A stretch of 64,000 nucleotides of DNA, from positions 32,001 through 96,000 of the forward strand of contig CAWJAX010000005.1 of NCBI GenBank assembly GCA_963841015.1. Reading direction: 5' to 3'. The notes under the pieces were generated by a model that searched no databases, was not told where the DNA came from, and worked only from the letters and a program-made list of their open reading frames with translations. A program made the translations under genes and the position numbers. Positions 15,224-26,346 of this stretch are shown here, in pieces. Within the stretch, counting starts at the first letter, position 1. Each line of letters opens with the position of its first letter. This DNA is from an uncultured Methanoregulaceae archaeon. GTDB taxonomy: Archaea > Halobacteriota > Methanomicrobia > Methanomicrobiales > Methanospirillaceae.

Positions 15224-16463
15224 ATGTCCTATCTGTCTAAAACTGATCCAGAAATAGCAGATATCATCGAGAAGGAGCGGCTCCGCCAGCAAAATGGTCT
15301 TGAGCTGATCGCGTCTGAAAATCTCGTTTCGCATGCAGTACTTGAGGCCATGGGGTCAATAATGACCAACAAATATGCCGAAGGATATCCCGGGAAAAGA
15401 TACTATGGAGGCTGCGAATTCCATGATATGGCAGAGAATCTTGCCCGTGATCGCCTGAAAGAGCTGTTCGGGGCAGAGCATGCAAACGTCCAGCCGCACT
15501 CAGGTACCCAGGCAAATATGGCAGTCTATTTTGCGTTCATGAACCTTGGAGATACTCTGATGAGCATGAAGCTCACCCAGGGAGGACACCTTTCCCATGG
15601 CTCACCGGTCAGCTTTACCGGGAAATTTTACAAAGTAGCCCAGTACAGCCTCGATCCCAAAACGGAAACACTGGATTATGGTGTAATTGAAGAGATGGCA
15701 AAAAAGGAAAAGCCGAAGATGCTTGTCTGCGGGGCATCTGCGTACCCGAGAACCATTGATTTTAAAGCGTTCCAGGAAATTGCAGATAGTGTCGGGGCAT
15801 ACTGTATGGCAGACATTGCCCATATCGCGGGACTTTGTGCAACGGGTGTTCACCCGAACTCGGTCAATGTCGTAAACTTCACGACTACTACAACACACAA
15901 GACACTCCGGGGCCCCCGTGGCGGAGCAATCATGTGCAACAGCGAGTATGCACAGCCAATTGACAAGGCTATATTCCCCGGCATGCAGGGGGGTCCGCTC
16001 ATGCACACTATAACCGCAAAAGTCTGTCTGCTTCAAAGAGGCGCTCAGGCCCTCGTTCAAGGAATACAATAAACAGATCGTAAAGAACGCACAGGTGCTC
16101 GCAGAGACCCTGATGAATCACGGGCTTCGGCTCGTTTCCGGGGGTACTGATAACCACCTGATGCTTCTTGACCTCACTGCACAGGGTATTACCGGACTTG
16201 AGGCGGAAAATGCACTCGGAAGAGCAGGCATTACCGTCAATAAGAACACAATCCCCAATGAAACCAAGAGCCCGTTTGTCACCAGCGGGCTGCGTGTCGG
16301 TACGCCGGCAGTCACTTCCCGGGGCATGAAAGAAGCAGAGATGCGCCAGATAGGGACCTGGATAGCAACAGTGGTAAAGGATATCAGCAACGAAGCGGCA
16401 ATCAAAAATGTGCATACCGGTGTGACTGCGATGGCAAGCAGATTCACCCTGCATCCCGAATAA
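15224..16463 (+). CDS. glyA: Serine hydroxymethyltransferase (apparent frameshift at about 16023)
   Basis: [42 protein letters not shown]. Confidence 0.95.
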
Positions 16464-16489
16464 AAAAATATGAACCAACGGACTCTCCC

Positions 16490-17338
16490 ATGACCACGAT
16501 CCTTGACGGGAAGAAAATTGCAGATCTGAGGCTGGAAGTCCTTAAAGAGGAAATTGCGGACTCCGGCCTCTCTCCCCGGCTGGCGACCGTGATTGTGGGA
16601 GCCGATCCGGCGTCACAGATGTATATCAGGATGAAACACCGGGCGTGCGGGCAGGTCGGAATAGGTTCTGTCGGGATGGAACTGGCGGGCGATGCAACAA
16701 CTGAACAGGTCCTGCAAACTGTCGCACAGTTGAATAATGACCCGGATATTCATGGTATCCTCATCCAGCTCCCGCTTCCAAAACAGGTAGATTTTGAGCG
16801 GGTAATCGCAGCAGTACACCCGAAAAAAGATGTGGATGGATTCCATCCGTTCAATCTTGGTCTTCTCTTTTCCGGAAGACCCCGGTTTGTTCCTTGTACA
16901 CCACAAGGGATCATGACACTGCTGGCGGAATACAGGATTGATCCTGCAGGTACCCGCGCAGTTGTGGTCGGGCGCAGTATCGATGTGGGTCGTCCGATGT
17001 CAGCACTCCTCACGAATGGTGATGCTACCGTCACTCTTTGCCATAGTAAAACAAAGAACCTCTCCATGGAGACCAGACATGCAGACATTCTTGTGTCCGC
17101 AACCGGCAAAGCGCACTTCATCACCATGGAGATGGTCAAACCGGGTGCGGTTGTTATAGATGTCGGCATCAACCAGTTGAACGGCAAACTGGTGGGGGAT
17201 GTGGACTTTGCGGCGGTTAGGACCATTGCATCCGCAATCACACCGGTGCCGGGCGGCGTTGGTCCGATGACTATCGCGACGCTGATGGAGAACACCTATC
17301 GTGCAGCGAGTCTGGGGATATGCGAACCTGTGTGGTAA
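16490..17338 (+). CDS. folD: Methylene-THF dehydrogenase/cyclohydrolase
   Basis: [26 protein letters not shown]. Confidence 0.95.
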   Translation: MTTILDGKKIADLRLEVLKEEIADSGLSPRLATVIVGADPASQMYIRMKHRACGQVGIGSVGMELAGDATTEQVLQTVAQLNNDPDIHGILIQLPLPKQVDFERVIAAVHPKKDVDGFHPFNLGLLFSGRPRFVPCTPQGIMTLLAEYRIDPAGTRAVVVGRSIDVGRPMSALLTNGDATVTLCHSKTKNLSMETRHADILVSATGKAHFITMEMVKPGAVVIDVGINQLNGKLVGDVDFAAVRTIASAITPVPGGVGPMTIATLMENTYRAASLGICEPVW

Positions 17339-18133
17339 ATAAGACTTGTTATAGGGGGTGACGCACCTGTCCGCGTGATGGGTGTGATCAACTGCAGCCC
17401 TGAGTCGTTTTATGCAAATTCCTATTTCCCGATCGATTTTGTGCATAAAACAGCAGTCGAAATGGTAGAGCAGGGTGCAGACCTTATCGATATCGGTGCA
17501 CGAAGTACTGCCCCCAATACCCAGGCCATCAGCGGAAGTACTGAAGCGGAAAGGATCGATGCTGCTCTCAGGGAACTGGACGGCAGCGGGATAACGGTCT
17601 CGGTGGATACCATGAATCCCTGGGTCCTCGATGTCTGTCTGAACCATGAGATCCATGCAATTAACGATATTTCCGGGCTCTCTTCCCAACGGTACACACA
17701 ACGACTTGCACAATCGGGGCTTCCTGCATTCCTGATGGCATCCAATAATCAACCAGGTGATGCTGTTGGACTGGATGCAACTCTCGCTGCGCTCAAAACC
17801 GTTGTAGCCCGGTGCGAAAATGCCGGAATTAATGACTACATCCTTGATCCGGGTATCGGGATCTGGACCCCTTTCCGTACCGTCGAAGATGACTGGACCC
17901 TCTGCCAGCATTTTGCTGAATTTGGGAAATTTGACCGACCGCTTCTTGCTGCGATCTCAAGAAAGACGTTTATCGGGGATCTTTTACACAGGGATCCCGA
18001 AGGTCGCCTCACCGGAAGCCTCGCGGTTACCCTGATGCTGCTGCAGAAAGGTGCATCGGTTGTCCGGACCCATGATGTTGCTCAGACACTTGATGTGATA
18101 CGGGTGTTCGAACGCATGGTGAAACACCCATGA
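17320..18133 (+). CDS. folP: Dihydropteroate synthase (apparent +1 indel near 17341)
   Basis: [27 protein letters not shown] and RTHDV motifs. Removing one base restores the N-terminus MRTCVVNRLVIGG. Confidence 0.9.
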
Positions 18134-18906
18134 ACAGTTCGTTCAGGGTCTACGGGCTTCCCACCGGAATCATTACCATGGGCGATTCGATCGCCGAGCG
18201 TGTTGTTGCGGCAGCAGGGAAAACCTGTAGCGGTTTTAAGGATGGCGATATACTTGTTCTTGCCGAAACGGCTGTTGCAACGGCAGAAGGCAATGTAATC
18301 ACCCTTTCTACGATCACTCCCTCGGAGCGAGCACAGGAACTTGCAGCACGCTACCATATGGATCCCCGCACGGTTGAAGTCGTGCTCCAGGAGAGTGATT
18401 CAGTTGTCGGAGGTATTCCCGGATTTCTTCTATGTATGAAACACGGCACCCTTCTCCCGAATGCCGGTGTGGATGCCTCGAATGCCCCGCCGGGGTGCGT
18501 TACACCGCTTCCGGAAAATCCGGACCGCAGCGCACTCACCATCAGACATGCCATCGAAGACAAGACGGGAGCGAGGATTGGGGTGATTATCGCCGACAGC
18601 CGGACGCATGCCATGCGCCGTGGATGTAGTGGGGTTGCAATTGGAAATGCAGGGATAATCGCAGTCATCGATGACCGGGGCAGGAGCGACCTGTTCGGCA
18701 GAAAACTTGAAGTGACTCGGCGTGCAGTAGCAGACAACATTGCCTCTGCGGCGGAACTGGTTATGGGAGAAGCAGATGAGTGCATCCCCGCTGCGATTAT
18801 CCGGGGGTTGGGCATGCCCATTGTCGATCAAACCGGTATTGAATCAATTGCTGCAGAAGAGTGTCTGTTCATGGGTGTATTCCGGAAAAATGCCTCTTCA
18901 CCTTGA
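18130..18906 (+). CDS. cofE: CofE-family gamma-glutamyl ligase (F420-0:L-glutamate ligase or FolC2-like)
   Basis: NAGVDASN, IIADS, D..G..DLFGRKL, AELVMGEADE; ATGA overlap with folP. Confidence 0.8.
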   Translation: MNSSFRVYGLPTGIITMGDSIAERVVAAAGKTCSGFKDGDILVLAETAVATAEGNVITLSTITPSERAQELAARYHMDPRTVEVVLQESDSVVGGIPGFLLCMKHGTLLPNAGVDASNAPPGCVTPLPENPDRSALTIRHAIEDKTGARIGVIIADSRTHAMRRGCSGVAIGNAGIIAVIDDRGRSDLFGRKLEVTRRAVADNIASAAELVMGEADECIPAAIIRGLGMPIVDQTGIESIAAEECLFMGVFRKNASSP

Positions 18907-18965
18907 GCTATTTTCATGAATTCAGGGAATATTCCCGCAGACATCTTTAACTACGGCGGGTTTAT

Positions 18966-19610
18966 TCATGCCACTTCAGTTTTCTTTTCCTTCCGCTCCA
19001 CGCCGACCCGCCCTTTCTCCACAGATAGCACAAACCCAAGTTCTTCGAGGTAAGCACGGCTCTTACCTGTCCCGTGAATCAGCAGTTCGACCAGATCCTC
19101 TTTCTCATCGATATCCGTATGGAGCCGGAATGAATCGATCACTTCGCAGGAAAGTCCGGCGTCCTGTGCAATTTTTACATGCTTAAAAAAACTTGTACCG
19201 TAATAATCGACATGGAACCGTTGCGGTTCCCTGATGAAAATAACATTCGTCCCACCACCCCTTCCCGGGACAATCGCCATATCATTTTTGGTAGTAATCA
19301 CCCGCTGGATTGCCTGGGCATTGGCAAGGGGAAGGTCAGCCATTATTATCAGAATCGAACCCACTGACTGGGGAAGAAGTGAATTGAGCGTCTGGTTGAG
19401 ATCCGCATCGCTGACCGTGATCTGGATATCCTCGCTGTCAAATAATTCGGTGCCCACGATTACCGGACTGCAGTTCGCATCTTTTACTGCGTGGATCACA
19501 TCTTCCAGCATCGCACGGGCAAATACTTCCCTTTCGTCCTGGCTGAGCACACAGGAGAGCCGGGTCTTCGGGTTAACAAGCTTGAACGGGATCAGGGCAT
19601 GAGGGCACAT
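18966..19610 (-). CDS. cofC: 2-phospho-L-lactate (PEP) guanylyltransferase
   Basis: IPFK...KTRLS, MADLP, GGGTN, DID..EDL. Confidence 0.9.
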   Translation of the reverse strand: MCPHALIPFKLVNPKTRLSCVLSQDEREVFARAMLEDVIHAVKDANCSPVIVGTELFDSEDIQITVSDADLNQTLNSLLPQSVGSILIIMADLPLANAQAIQRVITTKNDMAIVPGRGGGTNVIFIREPQRFHVDYYGTSFFKHVKIAQDAGLSCEVIDSFRLHTDIDEKEDLVELLIHGTGKSRAYLEELGFVLSVEKGRVGVERKEKKTEVA

Positions 19611-19721
19611 TTCATAGCGTGTTATGCAGTGAGATAAAAAAAAGATGCTGGTGTGCATCGGGACGGGAAAGCAAAGGGGAATAACCGCAGATATAACATC
19701 CCTCTTGTCGATAGTTTTGAC

Positions 19722-20216
19722 ATGGATAACCTTGCATTTACCGTGAAAAAAATGCCCGGGAAAATTATCATGGGGGTCCAGCGCAGGACTTCAAATGCAG
19801 ATGGGCGTAGTATCAAGGATATCCCCGCCTGCTGGCAGGATTTTTTCTCCCAAAACATGGCATCAAAAATTCCTCAACGCAAAGACACCGGCAATGTTTG
19901 CCGTGTATTCGGATTATGAGAGTGACTGGACTGGAGAATATCACTGCCTTATCGGGAGTGAAGTGACAAAGGCAGATAAAATTCCCACGGGGATGGCAGT
20001 CGTGCGGATTCCCGCCCAGACCTATGTGGTCTTCACTGCGGCAGGGCCGATGCCGGACGCGATCCTTTTGATCTGGGCGTCGATCTGGGGACAAAACTTC
20101 CACGGGCATATACCTGCGATTTTGAGCAGTACGATGCCCGGTTTACCCGCCCGGAGAATAAGGAGGCTGATATCTGCATAGCGGTTCATGAAGAGCAACT
20201 GAAATCAATGCAATAA
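19722..20216 (+). CDS. GyrI-like small-molecule effector-binding protein (two apparent indels)
   Basis: RTSN...IPACWQDF, AVYSDYESD..GEY, YVVFT..GPMP, RAYTCDFEQY across shifted frames. Confidence 0.75.
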
Positions 20217-20380
20217 TTTCACCCGTGTTCCTTTTTTCTATCTGCCCTGATATCCACCTCACAACAGGGTTGACAAGGCATGGCAGCAGGGTTAAGCGAC
20301 ACTAAATTCTCACTGGCTGGTATGCCCCAACAGGTCATGCCGGCATTACCTTTCAATAGATAGGACGAGTATCTTTTCTC

Positions 20381-21370
20381 ATGCAGTCCCGCACTATCAC
20401 CTTCTCGCGGAATATATTCCTCCCTCTCACTACGGTATGCCGGAACCGTTGTGGGTACTGCTCATTCCGTACTCCGGTTTATAACGGATGCCTCATGGCA
20501 CAAAAAGACGTTGAAAAGACCCTTCAGAACGGGGCAGCACTTGGATGTACGGAAGCACTCTTCACATTCGGGGAGCACCCTGAGGAAGAATCTGGCTTTA
20601 CCGACTATCTCAAACGAGCCGGGTATGCTACTATTCTCGATTACTGCGAGGCTATGTGCAGGAAAAGTATCGGGTATGGGGTACTTCCGCACACGAACGC
20701 CGGTATCCTGACATGGGATGAGATGGAACGGTTGCGTACAGTAAATGCAAGCATGGGTCTGATGCTGGAGACGACCGCCAGGATCCCGGCTCATTTCAAT
20801 TCTAAAGGCAAGGAACCAGAAATCAGGCTTCGCATGATAGAGGATGCCGGAAAACTCAAAATACCCTTCACCACCGGCCTGCTTTTGGGAATTGGTGAAA
20901 CAATGGCAGACCGGGAAGAATCCCTCCGGGCTCTGCAGGATCTTCATAAAAGGTACGGGCACATTCAGGAAATTATCATCCAGAATTTTTGTCCTAAACC
21001 AGGGACACCGATGGCTCACCATCCGGTGCCGGGAACCAATGAAATCTGCTCTGTTATCAGGATGGCACGCGATATTCTCCCAAAAGATATCGCCATCCAG
21101 ATCCCTCCAAATCTCATCGATGCGTCCGTGCTTATCTCCTGCGGGGTGGATGACCTCGGGGGGGTCTCACCCCTCACTATCGATTATGTCAATCCGGAAC
21201 ACCCCTGGCCAGCGATTGACGAACTCAAAAAGATCGTCGGTAACGCCCATCTCCGTGAGCGACTCTGCATCTACCCGCAGTACATAAAAAGAGGATGGTA
21301 TCACCCCCATTTGCAACCCCTAATAAACCGGCTCGCACAAACTGTTAAGGCAAGGAGCAGTGGACTATGA
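20381..21370 (+). CDS. cofG: FO synthase subunit 1
   Basis: ITFSRN, radical SAM motif CRNRCGYC, PHTNAG, ASMGLMLE, NPEHPWP. Confidence 0.95.
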   Translation: MQSRTITFSRNIFLPLTTVCRNRCGYCSFRTPVYNGCLMAQKDVEKTLQNGAALGCTEALFTFGEHPEEESGFTDYLKRAGYATILDYCEAMCRKSIGYGVLPHTNAGILTWDEMERLRTVNASMGLMLETTARIPAHFNSKGKEPEIRLRMIEDAGKLKIPFTTGLLLGIGETMADREESLRALQDLHKRYGHIQEIIIQNFCPKPGTPMAHHPVPGTNEICSVIRMARDILPKDIAIQIPPNLIDASVLISCGVDDLGGVSPLTIDYVNPEHPWPAIDELKKIVGNAHLRERLCIYPQYIKRGWYHPHLQPLINRLAQTVKARSSGL

Positions 21371-22098
21371 AGTGTAAGGATCTCCTGATTAAAGGTAAAG
21401 CAAAATCAGTATACGCCACCGATACAAAGGGCAAACTCATTGTTGAGTTCCGTGACGACATCACCGCATTTGATGGCGGGAAAAAAGATTTGCTGAAAAA
21501 TAAAGGGACCTGCAATGCGGAGGTTTCAGCATTCTTCTTTGAATATCTCGAACATAACGGGGTAAAAACCCATTTTTTCACCATGCTGGATTCTCACCAT
21601 ATGGTGGTAAGAAAACTCGAAATGATCCCGCTTGAAGTAATTGTGCGGAACATCGCTGCCGGCTCCATTGTCAGAAATTATCCGTTTGTGGAGGGGACAC
21701 CGCTTGACCCACCCCTGATCGTGATCGATTATAAGGACGATGTACGGCATGATCCGATGCTCAACGATGAGATTATTTTTGCCTTAAAACTCGCCACACC
21801 TGCTGAGCTAAAAACAATCAAAAAAGTGGCACTCGAAATCAACAGGCTTCTTTCTGCATTACTTGCAGCACAGGGAATCACGCTGGTGGATTTCAAAATA
21901 GAGTTTGGCAGGCAGGGAAAAACGATCTATCTGGGCGATGAGATCAGCATGGACTCCATGCGACTCTGGGACAAAAAAACCGGTGAGTCGCTGGACAAGG
22001 ATGTGTACCGGTTCGAGAAGGGAGATGTAATGGCAATTTACAACAAGGTAGCACAGCGGATCACAAAGCCGGGTAAAGAAACAGTAACAAAGGGTTGA
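21367..22098 (+). CDS. purC: SAICAR synthase
   Basis: GKAKSVY, FRDDITAFDG, LVDFKIEFG, LDKDVYR. Confidence 0.96.
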   Translation: MKCKDLLIKGKAKSVYATDTKGKLIVEFRDDITAFDGGKKDLLKNKGTCNAEVSAFFFEYLEHNGVKTHFFTMLDSHHMVVRKLEMIPLEVIVRNIAAGSIVRNYPFVEGTPLDPPLIVIDYKDDVRHDPMLNDEIIFALKLATPAELKTIKKVALEINRLLSALLAAQGITLVDFKIEFGRQGKTIYLGDEISMDSMRLWDKKTGESLDKDVYRFEKGDVMAIYNKVAQRITKPGKETVTKG

Positions 22099-22230
22099 TG
22101 AAAACGAGTAATTCCAGAAAAGTATCGACAGCGTTGATACCGGTGTCCGCTGAATTGAGCACAAAGACTAACGTCTTGAATCAAGAAACATATCATGAAA
22201 GAGAATATCATACAGACAGGGTCTGGTAGC

Positions 22231-22512
22231 ATGACAGAAGAAAATGCAGATGAAGAAGAGATGCTCAAATGGGCAAAAGGATATGCAAACAAGCAGGGAT
22301 GGGAACTCAATACCGATCAGAAACAACTTTCGACAGTTATCCGGGGGCTTGTTCGGAACAAAAAGAAGTTCGGAAGACCGTACTGTCCCTGCCGTCTCCG
22401 GAGCGGCGATGAGGAGAAAGACCTGGCGATTGAATGTCCCTGTGTGTACCATAAAGATGAAGTTTCCCGCGATGGACATTGTCATTGCAACCTCTATTTT
22501 AAAAAGAACTGA
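22231..22512 (+). CDS. Ferredoxin-thioredoxin reductase catalytic-subunit-like protein
   Basis: CPC...CPC...CHC motif. Confidence 0.9.
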   Translation: MTEENADEEEMLKWAKGYANKQGWELNTDQKQLSTVIRGLVRNKKKFGRPYCPCRLRSGDEEKDLAIECPCVYHKDEVSRDGHCHCNLYFKKN

Positions 22513-22556
22513 TCATTTTTTTTACGAGAGTAATTCACCTGTTCTAGAGTTTAACC

Positions 22557-23063
22557 ATGGATGAACCACCTGTTACCACTGCTACCGGCCCGGTCACAGG
22601 TCTGCCACCGGTTCATGGCGAATCACCTGAGATACTCATTCTCGGGAGTTTTCCTGGCAGGCAGTCACTGCTGAAACATGAGTACTATGGGAACCCCAGG
22701 AATCATTTCTGGCACATAACAGAAGCCCTGTTTCTTGTTGATCGTCACCTTCCGTATCGTGTACGGATAGTACGGTTAATGGATCACCGCATCGCACTCT
22801 GGGATGTTGTCAGCACCTGCTCCCGGGAAGGGAGTGCAGATGCCCGGATTCAGGATCCTGTGTTCAATGATCTTACTGCTTTCCTTGCAGAATTTCCCTC
22901 AATTCACCTCATTGCCCTCAACGGAAGCTCTGCCGGCCGATACTATCACCAGCTGAAAATATCTGTGTCTGTCCCTGCTGTTGTCCTGCCATCAACAAGC
23001 CCGGCAAACACCCGTTACTCCCTTGGTGAAAAAATTAAGAAGTGGGAAATAATCCGCAGATAG
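22557..23063 (+). CDS. Hypoxanthine-DNA glycosylase (UDG family 6)
   Basis: ILGSFPG, YYGNPRNHFW, LWDV, LPSTSPAN. Confidence 0.9.
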   Translation: MDEPPVTTATGPVTGLPPVHGESPEILILGSFPGRQSLLKHEYYGNPRNHFWHITEALFLVDRHLPYRVRIVRLMDHRIALWDVVSTCSREGSADARIQDPVFNDLTAFLAEFPSIHLIALNGSSAGRYYHQLKISVSVPAVVLPSTSPANTRYSLGEKIKKWEIIRR

Positions 23064-23087
23064 ACAACCAACAATTAATAAAAAAAT

Positions 23088-24752
23088 TTATCGTCCCATG
23101 TGGAACTTCAGGAAAATAACGTGATATATTGCGTAGAATCCTACAAGCACGGCAAAGGTATAGCCGAAGATTGCAACCCAGTAGATATAGTCCGGAAGGG
23201 ATAGCGGGTGCGAAAGCAGTACAAGCGAGGACCCTACCACAAGGGAAGCCACGACTAGACCAAGTAAGAGCTTGTCGCTGGCTTTATCGAGAGACATCTG
23301 GAGTTTCTGGATATCGGTTTCAACGATCTCCAGCTTGAACGTCCCGGTTGAGAGCCGCCGGAGCATAAGGTTGAGATTACGGGGCATATCAAAAATGGCA
23401 TCGGCGGCGTCCAGAAAGGATACGGAGGCTCGTTTGAAATACGCAGCAGAAAGGTTTCGCGCATCAGCAAGCTTGGTAAGATAAGGTGTGACCTCTTTTT
23501 CGAAATTGAATCTCGGATCAAGCCGGATACCGATGTCAAGTACCATAATGAAGACCTTGAGCAGGAGCATCAGGTTCATAGGGACTTTCAGGCTATAGCG
23601 TCGCATTGCATTGGTCAGTTCGGTTACGACAAGCCGGAAATTGTATTGCGCAAGCTCGTCACTACCACCGAAATCATGCATCAGGATGTAAAGGTCGTCC
23701 CGCAGGGATTCACGGTCAGACTCATCAATCTCGATTCCGAATCCTTCGAGGGACCTGATCATGAGTTCAACGTCGTCATTCACCAGCGCAAAAAGGAGGT
23801 TTATGAATCCCTGCCGTTTTTCCGGACGCAGGATACCAACAATACCAAAATCCAGAAAGACGATGTTTCCCTCTTTTGTTACGAGAAGGTTACCAGGGTG
23901 CGGGTCACCGTGGAAGAATCCATCTTCAAAGATCATCTTGAGGTAAGCATGGAATCCCCGGACTCCGATTTCATGGGGGTCAAGACCCATCGTCACTATT
24001 GCTTCCCGATCATCAATCCTGACCCCTTCGACAAACTCCATGACCATCAGGTATTCAGATGAGTATTCCCAGTAGACCTTTGGGAAACGGATACCGGGAA
24101 CATTATGGAAGTTTCGTCTCATTCGGTCGGCGTTTCGGGCATCCCGGGTAAAATCGAGCTCTTTTACGATCTGATGGGCAAAATCATCCACCATGCCGAT
24201 CGGATTGTAAACCCGCGTTTCGGGAAATACTGTTTCGACACGCTCTGCCATGGATCGAAGAATGGAAAGATCCGTTTCGATAATTTCCCTGATTCCGGGC
24301 CTTTGTATTTTAAGGGCGACTCTGGTCCCGTCTTTCAGGATTGCGGAATGTACCTGAGCAATCGATGCGGAAGCAACCGGCAGTTCATCGACCTTCCAGA
24401 ACCAGTTTTCGCATTGGTTAAAACCTTCACAACTCTTTTCCAGGACCACCCGGACTTCTGAGAAAGGGACAGGTTTTGCATGGTCCTGCAGTTTTTTAAG
24501 CTGTTCAATCAGTTCCGGGGGAAGCAGTTCGGTCCTCGTGCTCATTATCTGCCCGAACTTAACAAATGTCGGGCCAAGTTCCTCGAGGGCAAGCCGCATC
24601 CGTTCGTACACCGTGGATGCATCGGGATCCTTCCCCTCGCCGGGAAGCCTGAACCGGGCTCGTGTGGGGAACATTGTTTCAAGCCCTATATTAAAACCAT
24701 GTTTGCCCAGTATGTCCACTATCTGTGCATACCGCGTGATCCGGTTAACCAT
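23088..24752 (-). CDS. AarF/UbiB (ABC1) atypical kinase
   Basis: LGPTFVKFGQ, SASIAQVH, KIQRP, FFHGDPHPGN, DFG; two C-terminal TM segments. Confidence 0.93.
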   Translation of the reverse strand: MVNRITRYAQIVDILGKHGFNIGLETMFPTRARFRLPGEGKDPDASTVYERMRLALEELGPTFVKFGQIMSTRTELLPPELIEQLKKLQDHAKPVPFSEVRVVLEKSCEGFNQCENWFWKVDELPVASASIAQVHSAILKDGTRVALKIQRPGIREIIETDLSILRSMAERVETVFPETRVYNPIGMVDDFAHQIVKELDFTRDARNADRMRRNFHNVPGIRFPKVYWEYSSEYLMVMEFVEGVRIDDREAIVTMGLDPHEIGVRGFHAYLKMIFEDGFFHGDPHPGNLLVTKEGNIVFLDFGIVGILRPEKRQGFINLLFALVNDDVELMIRSLEGFGIEIDESDRESLRDDLYILMHDFGGSDELAQYNFRLVVTELTNAMRRYSLKVPMNLMLLLKVFIMVLDIGIRLDPRFNFEKEVTPYLTKLADARNLSAAYFKRASVSFLDAADAIFDMPRNLNLMLRRLSTGTFKLEIVETDIQKLQMSLDKASDKLLLGLVVASLVVGSSLVLLSHPLSLPDYIYWVAIFGYTFAVLVGFYAIYHVIFLKFHMGR

Positions 24753-24871
24753 GCGTATGATTTGGATGTCGTGATACTTAATGCGTGCTTTTTCCGTCAC
24801 AATCCCCGCGGATGGGCAGGAAAAAAATCATGGAGTCAGGTCCAGAAGGGATAACTCCTCAATCATTATTG

Positions 24872-26119
24872 TTATTCTGGTTTATGGAAAATGACAATCC
24901 GGTTTGTATTCGTGCCGGATGCCATATTGTTCACGCCCCATATATTGGAGGTTTTGGTGAATACCTGCTGGTTGATCAGCACTCCGTCACACCTGAACCC
25001 TGCTGCGATCCCGAGCGGGATGACCTGTTCTTCCAGGTGAATCGTCCGTTTTCTTACCTCCCCCACTTCAAACGCAACATAGCCCCCGACCCGGGTAATC
25101 CGGTAGAGCTCCCGGAATACCGACCCCATAACACCGGTCCACTCATCCAGAGTCCGGGCCATCGTAATCTGCTCCCCAATCGCTTCCTCGTGTTGACCGT
25201 TAAACCAGAAGCGGAGCCAGTTATCCTCCCGGTACTGGACGATATCAAGAAACGGGGGTGATGTCACGGTCAGCTGTACGCTGGCTTCCGGAATGTCGGG
25301 TGTTGAACGAGCATCCCCGGTGAGAAAGCGGGCTTTTTTTCCTGCCCGGTTAAGATTCTTCTTTTCTCCGGGGGATAGTGAACGTAACAGGCTCTTTGTC
25401 TTGTCCAGAATAAGTCGGTGGGTATCACGGTAATCGGGGATCTGCTGGCGTTTCCGGTTGATCCGTTGCTGGCTCTGCTGTGATACTGCCTGGTTTGGCG
25501 GCAGGGTATATACGGAGAAAAATCCCTTTGAGTGACCAGTGAGCCGGTTCGTCGCCACCATCGCAATCCAGCGGTCAATCATATCATCCCTGCAATCTGA
25601 TTTCCGGTTCAGGAGATACTGCTTCAGGGCCACAATTTCTTTCTCGGTATCGGGATGGTAAAACATGGAGAGATCGATGGTTGCCCCTTCGCTGTCCCGG
25701 GGGATGGTAGTAAGACGTTTGTCAACGCCTGCAATATCAGGAGGAAAGAACCGTGGTTCCATCATAATCCGGGAGAGGGGATTTGCATCGTTTGCGAGTA
25801 CATCACGTCCGGAAAGGCCCGCTTCGATGAGGGTTGTACCACGACCACTGAATGGATCGTAGACAACATCACCTTTCCGGGTCAGGATATCGATGAAAAA
25901 ACGGGGAAGTTGTGGTTTGAAGCATGCACGATACGATATCTCATGGATTGAAGATGCCTGCCTTTGCCGGGAGGTCCAGAATTCATTGGTATACTTTGGG
26001 ACGGTAACCGGTCCGATTACCATATCCTCAACGACTGTGGGGATAGCGGCATGGCTCACGAATTCGCGAAGATACCGGTTCAGGGTATCTAGGGGTAAAG
26101 GAGATCTGCCGGACACCAT
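24872..26119 (-). CDS. Amino (N4/N6) nucleic-acid methyltransferase, orphan
   Basis: Motif I DPFSGRGTT, motif IV VTSPPF. Start uncertain; the ORF extends to 26302. Confidence 0.8.
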   Translation of the reverse strand: MVSGRSPLPLDTLNRYLREFVSHAAIPTVVEDMVIGPVTVPKYTNEFWTSRQRQASSIHEISYRACFKPQLPRFFIDILTRKGDVVYDPFSGRGTTLIEAGLSGRDVLANDANPLSRIMMEPRFFPPDIAGVDKRLTTIPRDSEGATIDLSMFYHPDTEKEIVALKQYLLNRKSDCRDDMIDRWIAMVATNRLTGHSKGFFSVYTLPPNQAVSQQSQQRINRKRQQIPDYRDTHRLILDKTKSLLRSLSPGEKKNLNRAGKKARFLTGDARSTPDIPEASVQLTVTSPPFLDIVQYREDNWLRFWFNGQHEEAIGEQITMARTLDEWTGVMGSVFRELYRITRVGGYVAFEVGEVRKRTIHLEEQVIPLGIAAGFRCDGVLINQQVFTKTSNIWGVNNMASGTNTNRIVIFHKPE

Positions 26120-26346
26120 AGCTAAGGGTAGGTTGGCGGACGAAGGTATAATGCTGGTGCCCACCAGGTCATGATAGGGATGTGCCGGCACCAATACACG
26201 GACCAGGGAACACGGGGAGGCTGGTGCAGGAGTAAAACAACACTGCTCTGCCAATATCCGACTCTGGGGTAAATACTGGATCCCGGGAAAGTTACGGATC
26301 AATTAAAAAAGAGACACTTGTACACTTTCAGACGAATCGGGAAGGA

